From assembly GCF_964204645.1 (NCBI RefSeq), contig NC_134026.1:26136150-26200149 (forward strand): DNA of 64,000 nt, given 5' to 3'. Each line of letters starts with the position of its first letter. Position 1 is the first letter of the stretch. Shown here in pieces: positions 54,501 to 64,000 of this stretch. The notes under the pieces are model-generated. The model was not told where the DNA came from. It saw nothing but the letters and a program-made list of their open reading frames with translations, and made no database searches. Position numbers and translations under genes: made by a program. Source of the stretch: Tubulanus polymorphus. Its lineage: Eukaryota > Animalia > Nemertea.

Positions 54501-56238
54501 AACTAAAATGAATCAGGATCATTTCACTTATAGTTGTATAGTACTAGTTATACTTATATTGTTATATTGTTATATGATTAAAGCTGTATAGTTAATTATA
54601 TAATCATAGTTATATTTATAGTTATAACTATAGTTGTAGTTAAAGATGCTTACTTGAATTTTAGCTAATTTATTAATAATGAATAAAATATGAACATTTT
54701 CACAAAAATACATAAAACATAAGGTGATCGAAGCTTTAAGATCCCGTAAGAGAATGACAAAACCAATTGTGGGTTAACAAAAACCAAAGCTGAGAAATAC
54801 AACACCAACGTTACTATGATTAAAACACAACCTTAATGTTAAAAAGTTTGACAGTACCTACATACCTTCCTCTGAATTCTGCACTTAAAAGAAGACAATA
54901 TGACATGATTTTCAATGATAACAAGTTCTCTGTGATTTATCAAGAGTCAAACCTACTTGATTATTAAATTCCCTTCCTTGATCAGACAGGATTCTCTTTG
55001 GGGCACCAAATCGATAGTACATCTGTAGGATACACTTTGCAACTTCAGTTGCCGACTTTTGTTTTATCGGGTATGCTTCTACCCATTTTGACACGTAATC
55101 AGTAGCCGTAAATATATACCGGTTTCCATTTTTTGTCATCGGTGCTTCGGTTAGATCAACGCCTACCATTTCCCAGACTTCATTAACCTAGAAATAAAAA
55201 ACAATTAACAATATGGTCTATCGTAATAATAACCTCATAATTAACTTAACTAAATTTCGAAATACAAATCATAAGCTCACAATAAAAACGTAGATGGGAT
55301 AATACTGAGCGCGGCGAAAGCACATGTCATATGTATATAAGGATTGGGGACGAATTTCACTACCTTTTCAACTGTACATATTCAAATGATAGTAGGGAAT
55401 TATATCTAGACAGCAGATTTTATATCAACCTTATGAAACATAAGTTATTAATGCAAACCAAAGAGAAAGCCGAACTTAGTAAATTGTGAATTTTTATTGG
55501 TAAAATTATGAGATTTTTCACTTTTCCTTAGAAATAGCTCGCATGTAAACCTATATTTAATTAGGTATCTACCTACTGTACGTCGCATATGATGTATCTT
55601 TTTATGTACTGTATATATCACTCAAATTGCCTTTGTATTAAGACCAAGAGTTTGTCAAATAAAGTAAAGTAAAGTAAAGTATGTGAAATAATCTTATACT
55701 TGATGTTGGTGAGGGTACATGTAAATTTTATAGAAGAAAAGAGACATTTACCTTAATAGGTTGCAACTCAGAATCGCCCTTCAGCAATCTCCCAGTTTTG
55801 ATATTACAGCTTTCACATCCCTTGATCTATTGATTTATTGATGATAAGAAATAAAAAGGCACCTTTAATTGGGTAATAATACATGCTCTAATTATTCTAT
55901 GTTATGTTTAATAATTGTACTGTTACGTAGAATATTCAAACAAATAATATACGGATCAGTTGATCACAATATCCGTGATAAGACGATGAGTAAAAATCCC
56001 ACAATATATGACTGAATCTAAAAGGGTTATTTGATATATGAACTTACCCAGTCTCGCAAGTCATTAGTCATTGAAGGCCAAAAGTACTTCTCTGCGATCA
56101 CGGAGAAAGTCTTTTCTAATTTGAAATGGCCTCCTTCAGGACTCGAATGATATGATGTAAAAATCCTTTTTACTTCATCCAAGGAGCTTACAACTTGGGC
56201 ATGCTTGCCATTCCGACGAATTCTAAATAGTTGAGTTC
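48556..56238 (-). CDS. Ginger1 transposase: H2C2 zinc finger - DDE integrase - acidic repeats - Ulp1/C48 protease - PHD finger - basic NLS - C-terminal C2HC zinc finger; >25 exons; first exon not found
   Basis: YHSSPEGGHF..YFWPSM + CESC (H2C2); VGVDLT, ILSDQGREF, AYHPQTNGLDER (D,D,E); WDDYL..SPFYVMYGR; LKKNEQLNDE, GGHWTL, YLNSLG, QLDSSSCGVFVLKFA (Ulp1); CCLC..WIGCDRCFRWFHLAC..FCKYC (PHD); PPKRRK, KKKKKE; RCQGC..YFHPNATC. Exons join in frame by GT-AG; the linker exons after the PHD are the least certain. Confidence 0.85.
51831..53460 (-). repeat. 162-bp tandem repeat x10, each unit = 60-nt exon + 102-nt intron of the transposase
   Basis: Minus strand: TTCTAG|ATGGTTTAATTGATGACACTGAAGTCCAGGCTGGTGACGACATCGTGGACAACAACGCTG|GTGTGT; exons e.g. 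53359-53300 and 51899-51840; phase 1-1; encodes DGLIDDTEVQAGDDIVDNNA. Confidence 0.88.
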
Positions 56239-57281
56239 CTGCCAAAAACGTAAATTGAAGCAAGATTTATTTTTCAAAACTTTAATTGATTTTATTTTAC
56301 CAGAATGAGTTCAAATAGAATAACAAGTTCAATCATTTATATAATATATATCTATCATCAGATTTATGATTATTCGATATTAGCTGCTTTACTAACTATT
56401 GATCGGGACTTGAGATATTTTTCTTAGATATTGAGATTTGATCTTTAATCTATCGATGCAATATCATTATTCATAATTTTGGTTATGTTCGGTGAAATGG
56501 TGGCGCGTAATCTCAAACTCAAGCGGATACAGATCAGTCGTAAGGAAAGATATTCAAACAATTTAAACGCCGGCCCGAACGGCAAACAACCCTTTTAACC
56601 TCTGTGAAAATTGGAAATATAGCTTTTAGAGATACTTCAAAGTTAATAGATATCGCGCGGTTAAAATATGCGGTCCTTGGTTTCACATCGTCACTGTTCT
56701 CTGTTGCGTTCAAAACATCCAAGAATCACCAGCAGATATCTGCATTTCATTTCCTTTAAAATGGTGTTTGAGTTCATCGAGCAAGGGACTGTAGAACTAT
56801 ATGATATTTAATCTAAACATATGTTTTAAAAAAAGAGTTGAAATTATCGCAAAAATGTGGACCTCGAGGGACCGCCATAAAATGGCGCCTATTTATCAAA
56901 TTTATCAACTTTTAGCATCAAATGCTAAATTTCATGAATCACCCTTAAAGTCGGATAGAATATAGTTCATCAGAATGTATTCACTCTAAAATAATCGTTT
57001 TAAATCTAAGATTTGGAAGTAATTCTTTTAAATGTTCTAATAGATAGCTCAACTGCTAAATAGAACGGTATAACATGCACATCCTGTTAAGTTAAATATA
57101 ATAGTCAATGAGAATACATCTACATAAAAACGTGAATAAGATGATGTCTTATTTTGGAATTATCCAAAAGTGATTTATCTTTGAATTTTTAATTTGGTTT
57201 AGTATCTTTCTATTACGGAACAGCTCTATTAATGCTTTCTCTGGTGCGATGTTAATCAGAATATATCTTCTAAGATACCAA

Positions 57282-57494
57282 AAACCTGTTTGATTTATCA
57301 AGTAATACCCTTCTAATTACTGGTACATGGAAACCGCTGTTAAACAACTGTTGTGTTGCGTCGCCTCGTATCAACGTACGTGAACATATCATGCCTATCC
57401 TAATTGATGGGTACTGCCACGTTCGGGGCCATTAATTTTTACTGCTGACAAAAAGATTCTGACTGAGACACCTGTTCAAGCACGTTGCTATGCA
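57282..57494 (+). repeat. ~215-bp direct repeat, copy 1
   Basis: CTGTTTGATTTATCA...GAAACCGCTGTTAAACAACTGTTGTG...GGGTACTGCCAC...ACACCTGTTCAAGCACGTTGCTATGCA; diverged second copy at 61407-61644. Confidence 0.88.
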
Positions 57495-57619
57495 TACTAG
57501 TCGTATGATTCTATCTACGGTGATTAGAGGCCACAAAATCATAAATTAAAAGTTTTTCACTATCGCAGTTCAGTATAATAGTAGTCTACTTTAATTTAAA
57601 TAATAATTGTCCTCCAGTA

Positions 57620-60600
57620 TCTTAATATCATTTTATCAGGGGATAGCTCTAACACTGTCAGCTGGTACGGTATAACATGGATCCCCTCCTTTAAAGTCAT
57701 AAGTAATGGTTAATCAGAATGTATCTTATTAAAAATATCATTAATATCATGTTTTATTTTAGATTTTGAAGTTATTAATTGCCCTGGTTGTTTTAATATC
57801 AATCTATTAGGGGGTAGCTCTAATACTGTCAGCTGGTACGGTATAACATGCATCCCCCTTTAAAGTAATAAGTGATGGTTAATCACAATGTATCTTATTC
57901 AAAATATCAGTAATATCATGTTTTATTTTGGATTATGAAGTTATTAATTGCCCTGGTTGTTTTAATATCAATCTATTAGGGGGTAGCTCTAATACTGTCA
58001 GATGGTACGGTATAACATGCATCCCCCTTTTAAGTCATAAGTAATGGTTAATCAGAATGTATCTTATTCAAAATATCATTAATATCATGTTTTATTATAG
58101 ATTTTGAAGTTATTAATTGCCCTGGTTGTTTTAATATCAATCTATTAGGGGGTAGCTCTAATACTGTCAGCTAGTACGGTATAACATGCATCCCCCTTTA
58201 AAGTAATACGTAATGGTTAATCACAATGTATCTTATTCAAAATATCATTAATATCATGTTTTATTTTGGATTATGAAGTTATTAATTGCCCTGGTTGTTT
58301 TAATATCAATCTATTAGGGGGTAGCTCTAATACTGTCAGATGGTACGGTATTACATGCATCCCCTCCTTTTAAGTCATAAGTAATGGTTAATCAGAATGT
58401 ATCTTATTCAAAATATCATTAATATCATGTTTTATTTTAGATTTTGAAGTTATTAATTGCCCTGGTTGTTTTAATATCAATCTATTAGGGGGTAGCTCTA
58501 ATACTGTCAGCTGGTACGGTATAACATGCATCCCCCTTTAAAGTAATAAGTGATGGTTAATCATAATGTATCTTATTCAAAATATCAGTAATATCATGTT
58601 TTATTTTGGATTATGAAGTTATTAATTGCCCTGGTTGTTTTAATATCAATCTATTAGGGGGTAGCTCTAATACTGTCAGATGGTACGGTATAACATGCAT
58701 CCCCCTTTTAAGTCATAAGTAATGGTTAATCAGAATGTATCTTATTCAAAATATCATTAATATCATGTTTTATTATAGATTTTGAAGTTATTAATTGCCC
58801 TGGTTGTTTTAATATCAATCTATTAGGGGGTAGCTCTAATACTGTCAGCTAGTACGGTATAACATGCATCCCCCTTTAAAGTAATACGTAATGGTTAATC
58901 ACAATGTATCTTATTCAAAATATCATTAATATCATGTTTTATTTTGGATTATGAAGTTATTAATTGCCCTGGTTGTTTTAATATCAATCTATTAGGGGGT
59001 AGCTATAATACTGTCAGATGGTACGGTATTACATGCATCCCCTCCTTTTAAGTCATAAGTAATGGTTAATCAGAATGTATCTTATTCAAAATATCATTAA
59101 TATCATGTTTTATTATAGATTTTGAAGTTATTAATTGCCCTGGTTGTTTTAATATCAATCTATTAGGGGGTAGCTCTAATACTGTCAGCTGGTACGGTAT
59201 AACATGCATCCCCCTTTAAAGTAATAAGTGATGGTTAATCATAATGTATCTTATTCAAAATATCAGTAATATCATGTTTTATTTTGGATTATGAAGTTAT
59301 TAATTGCCCTGGTTGTTTTAATATCAATCTATTAGGGGGTAGCTCTAATACTGTCAGATGGTACGGTATAACATGCATCCCCCTTTTAAGTCATAAGTAA
59401 TGGTTAATCAGAATGTATCTTATTCAAAATATCATTAATATCATGTTTTATTATAGATTTTGAAGTTATTAATTGCCCTGGTTGTTTTAATATCAATCTA
59501 TTAGGGGGTAGCTCTAATACTGTCAGCTAGTACGGTATAACATGCATCCCCCTTTAAAGTAATACGTAATGGTTAATCACAATGTATCTTATTCAAAATA
59601 TCATTAATATCATGTTTTATTTTGGATTATGAAGTTATTAATTGCCCTGGTTGTTTTAATATCAATCTATTAGGGGGTAGCTATAATACTGTCAGATGGT
59701 ACGGTATTACATGCATCCCCTCCTTTTAAGTCATAAGTAATGGTTAATCAGAATGTATCTTATTCAAAATATCATTAATATCATGTTTTATTATAGATTT
59801 TGAAGTTATTAATTGCAATAGTTGTTTTAATATCAATCTGTTAGGGGGTAGCTCTAATACGGTCAACTGATACGGTATTACATGCATCCCCTCCTTTAAA
59901 GTAATGGTTAATCAGAATGTATCTTATTCAAAATATCATTAATATCATGTTTTATTATAGATTTTGAAGTTATTAATTGCAATAGTTGTTTTAATATCAA
60001 TCTGTTAGGGGGTAGCTCTAATACTGTCAGATGGTACGGTATTACATGCATCCCCTCCTTTTAAGTCATAAGTAATGGTTAATCAGAATGTATCTTATTC
60101 AAAATATCATTAATATCATGTTTTATTATAGATTTTGAAGTTATTAATTGCAATAGTTGTTTTAATATCAATCTGTTAGGGGGTAGCTCTAATACTGTCA
60201 GATGGTACGGTATTACATGCATCCCCTCCTTTTAAGTCATAAGTAATGGTTAATCAGAATGTATCTTATTCAAAATATCTATAATATCATGTTTTATTAT
60301 AGATTTTGAAGTTATTAATTGCAATAGTTGTTTTAATATCAATCTATTAGGGGGTAGCTCTAATACTGCCAGCTGGTACGGTATTACATGCATCCCCTCC
60401 TTTTAAGTCATAAGTAATGGTTAATCAGAATGTATCTTATTCAAAATATCATTAATATCATGTTTTATTATAGATTTTGAAGTTATTAATTGCAATAGTT
60501 GTTTTAATATCAATCTGTTAGGGGGTAGCTCTAATACTGTCAGATGGTACGGTATTACATGCATCCCCTCCTTTTAAGTCATAAGTAATGGTTAATCAGA

Positions 60601-61033
60601 ATGTATCTTATTCAAAATATCTATAATATCATGTTTTATTATAGATTTTGAAGTTATTAATTGCCCTGGTTGTTTTAATATCAATCTATTAGGGGGTAGC
60701 TCTAATACTGTCAGCTAGTACGGTATAACATGCATCCCCCTTTAAAGTAATACGTAATGGTTAATCACAATGTATCTTATTCAAAATATCATAAATATCA
60801 TGTTTTATTTTGGATTATGAAGTTATTAATTGCCCTGGTTGTTTTAATATCAATCTATTAGGGGGTAGCTCTAATACTGTCAGCTGGTACGGTATAACAT
60901 GCATCCCCTCCTTTTAAGTCATAAGTAACGGTTAATCAGAATGTATTTTATTTAAAATATCATTAATATCATGTTTTATTTTGGATTTTGAAGTTATTAA
61001 TTGCCCTGGATGTCTTAAATATCAATCTATTAG
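57620..61033 (-). repeat. 171-bp satellite array, right arm (~20 monomers), inverted relative to the left arm
   Basis: Reverse complement of the left monomer (GCATCCCCTCCTTTTAAGTCATAAGTAATGG...); 168-171-bp variants; degenerate copies continue to ~61340. Confidence 0.97.
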
Positions 61034-61406
61034 CTCTTATAATGTCATCGATGTTTTAAAATCATTTTATTTGGAGATAGCTCTAATACTACATCTAGTA
61101 TAAAATGCACCCCTTACGGTCAAATATGATAGCTGTATCTAATAATTAAATATTGAATAATATGAAGTTTTCAATTTTCATCTATGTTTTGATATCAAAC
61201 TATGAGGGAATAGCTCTAATACTGCCATATCTGGTGCCATGCTAGATATTACCATTAATCAGAATCTGATTGATGTCGTGTATCATTTTCTTATTTTTAA
61301 GTAATTAATTGTCATGATGTTTTGATATCATTCTATTAGAATAGTACGTCAAATATGCCGCCTCTAAGATTGGCCTTAGTTAAATTAGCCTCAAATACCT
61401 GAAAAA

Positions 61407-61644
61407 AAGCTGTTTGATTTATCAGGGAATACCCCTCATAATTGCTGGTGCGTAATTGGCATCCATAGAAACCGCAGTTAAACAACTGTTGTGATGCGTC
61501 GCCTCGTTTCAACGCACGTCAACGCATCATAAATTGCTACAGTCTTCCTTGGGTACTGCCACTTCCAGGGCCGTAGTACCATTAATTTTTACTCCTGACA
61601 AGAAGATACTGATAGAAACACCTGTTCAAGCACGTTGCTATGCA
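61407..61644 (+). repeat. ~240-bp direct repeat, copy 2
   Basis: Diverged copy of 57282-57494, same orientation, on the other side of the right satellite array. Confidence 0.88.
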
Positions 61645-63281
61645 CAATGAAAATCTAAAGATTTTTACGATCTCCAAAGTTCAGGACCTACGTTTTCATC
61701 GAGTTGTGAAAAACGTTGAAACTATTTTTTTTCTAACCAATATCCTTTACAAAATACACACAAATTTTCAAATGATTGGTTGAAACATTTTGTTCATTTC
61801 TTTTCATCTAAATGACTTATTGAAAACTTTTTTAAAAGAAATAACTCATTCAGCTTTATTTGGTCGATCCAGAGTCATGACAAATCTTTTTCCCAACAAT
61901 TTTAGCTTTGATAATAGCAATAAAACCAAAACGCTTCAGAATTAAAATGATTGGTCGAACAAATTTTCTCACATTACTTAGTAAATTTTTCTTTAAAGAA
62001 ATAGTCTTGTTGGATAGATCCTGAATGCCGAAAAATAATTTTTATTTGGGCCCAAACAGTTTTCCCAACAATTTTAGTTCGGTAACAAAAATCGCACATT
62101 CGGTCACAAACGCTTCAGATTTTCAAATGATTTGTTGGAATTTTTCACTCACATATCTATCTAAATTTAATTTAAGTCAAGATATCTTTTTCCTAACTGT
62201 ATTTATCTATCTCAAAAATAATTTTAAAACACTTTAATGAATTTTCAAATATTATTTTGAAAAACGAAAATATTTCATTTCCTACCTTGCATGGTAAAAT
62301 GCTTCGCTTTCTTTCTCAGAGTACACTTCATCGCCTTTGTAAAATCGGCTGGATATTGGCCATTCAACAGGTAATTAGAAAGGTTCGTTGCTTCAGCAGG
62401 ATCCATTTTTATTGATGATAGTTAAATAAATCGATAAGTATATTATCGGAAACAAAAAGCACGGCGCGATTGATTACGGTAAATGCTAGCTATGCTGTCA
62501 GAGGATGCCGTTTATACGGCGAAAAGCTGTCTGCTATTGACGCATGCGCAGTGCATATTGACGCATGCGCAGTCTGCTATGGGATGCCTGTTGTACGGGG
62601 ATGCTAGTTGTACTGTGACACCGGTATCACTCCCGAACTCGCTTCCACCAGCCCCCTGGCCTCACGAAGCGTGATTTCATTACTGGCGCTGTCGCGCGTG
62701 ACGTCATATATATCGATTTGCGAAATATTTCCTTGTTCGATAAAACGTTCGCTGATTGGTCAATTTAACAGAAAAACCAAAAGAAGTCTACTGACGGTTT
62801 GTTACAAGCGCTGTGATTGGTACGACCGGATTCTGGCCGGCTAGTAACGACTCCAACGACTCGTGAGGTCAAGGGGTTCGGGGAACAGCTTTAGCGTAGT
62901 GGGTTCGAATCCCCGGGTGAAGATGGGGTACTAACCGGACATCATTTTTCCACACGTTCAACACTTGCCAATTTGACAAGACAGGTAAAAAGAATTACTA
63001 GGTCTTGGTCCTACGAAAAAAATAGATATCGTAGCAGCATAGTTTCTATGAACCGGTAGGACCGTTACCCGGCCGCACACTGGCGCGTGAGGATGACAAT
63101 TTGCACCATTCCAAGTCCAATACCGTATTTTAATTCTGACTCGTATTTTCCCACCCAGATGGCGGTTTCGTCGATTACATTGCCTTGTTCGCCGACGTTT
63201 TCTCGTCGCGCTTTTCTTTTTTCTCTATTCTAGCTATTTATCTGTTTATTGTGGATGAGAGTTTATCATTGAATTGTTTAG

Positions 63282-63975
63282 ATGACTTCGTTCCGTGTGG
63301 TTCAAGTCACAAATGTGGCACCAACTGCAACCCGTGATCAAATGAAAACGTTGTTTTCTTACATCGGAAAAATTGAAGAATTGAAACTTTATCCGAATGA
63401 GTAAGTTAGTTTAAGAAGAACTGAGTATTTTCTTTTTTGGCAGTTGAAAGTAAAATTCGATAACCTGCTGTGTGGATGATTTGATGAGAAAAAAACAAAA
63501 CTTTTTTGAAAAACCAGAAGAAAACAAGAAAATGAGCACTCGTGTTTCTTGCTTTAATATAATTAATAATGACAAATGGAAATATGGCCGGCCCTGATTT
63601 TGAATTAAACCGAGAAAAATTAGGCTAATTATTTCAATTAGGCTTGCACAAACGCAGGGACAAAGCTGGCCAAACAAGCTATTGAATTGACTTGCCTTCG
63701 AATAAACCTTTCAGATACTTTTTCGTATTGAATTATCATCCATATTATCCATTTTTTGCAATCGAAAAAAGACTTGTTAACCTGTAACCATTGATTTGCA
63801 TGAAAGGTTAACTCTACATTATTTATTTTTTTCAGAGAATCTTTCATCTTAGATTCTTCATCAAATCGCGTTTGTTATGTGAAATATGTGGATAACGCGG
63901 ATGCTGGTGTAGCCTGTCACCTCACTAATACTGTATTCATCGACAGAGCATTAATTGTTGTTCCCGCTCCGGACA
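63282..63975 (+). CDS. SREK1: SREK1/SRSF11 (Srp54)-like splicing factor, first two coding exons (continues beyond the window)
   Basis: 63282-63400 MTSFRVVQVTNVAPTATRDQMKTLFSYIGKIEELKLYP; 63836-63975 RVCYVKY..GVACHLTNTVFIDRALIVVP, the N-terminal RRM of the SRSF11/SREK1 family. Confidence 0.9.
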
Positions 63976-64000
63976 GTAAGTTTAATTGTCTTTCAGAAGT

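Larger units (their letters stand above)
43929..62620 (-). mobile_element. Ginger1 (Gmr1-like integrase) DNA transposon, 18,692 bp
   Basis: Ends TGTCACAGTACAA (43929) ... TTGTACTGTGACA (62620), imperfect TIR continuing ~60 bp (GCATCCC and TGCGCATGCG motifs); flanked by CCGG at 43925-43928 and 62621-62624; encodes a Gypsy-like H2C2+DDE integrase with Ulp1 and PHD domains and introns, no RT. TGT termini, CCGG TSD and Ulp1/PHD fusion are established Ginger1 hallmarks. Confidence 0.9.

Noticed and set aside
48556-56238. LTR retrotransposon or Polinton/Maverick interpretation of the integrase
   Set aside because: No gag, RT, RNase H, LTRs, PolB, ATPase or capsid seen; many introns, TGT..ACA inverted ends and a 4-bp CCGG duplication fit Ginger1.
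44366-61033. Arrays as CRISPR or as primate alpha-satellite
   Set aside because: Monomers are contiguous near-identical copies with no unique spacers and no cas genes; the 171-bp length matches alpha-satellite but I see no sequence resemblance.
43734-62806. Outer TGTAACAA ... TTGTTACA pair as a second enclosing element
   Set aside because: Only 8 bp match and the flanks show no target-site duplication.

Overview
AT-rich, gene-dense eukaryotic genomic DNA with short (~80-100 nt) GT-AG introns, most likely from a spiralian/lophotrochozoan invertebrate (an inference from gene content, not proven). In order along the window: (1) a DEG/ENaC-family channel with a ~480-aa insertion in its ectodomain (+); (2) a tiny secreted single-ShK-domain peptide gene carrying the Lys-Tyr dyad (-); (3) FAM193A (-) and strawberry notch/SBNO1 (+), head-to-head around a ~270-bp inverted duplication rich in promoter motifs; (4) two C16orf89/UPF0764 paralogues (-), one nested in the last SBNO intron; (5) RILPL1 (-) and NOC4L (+) on a short bidirectional promoter; (6) two paralogous orphan secreted-protein genes; (7) an 18.7-kb Ginger1-type DNA transposon (43929-62620, TGT...ACA ends, CCGG target duplication); (8) the start of an SREK1/SRSF11 gene. 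The transposon encodes an intron-rich integrase-Ulp1-PHD-zinc-finger protein with a 10x tandem exon/intron repeat, flanked by two inverted arrays of a 171-bp satellite. All gene models were spliced by eye from splice signals and motif recognition; no database searches were run.
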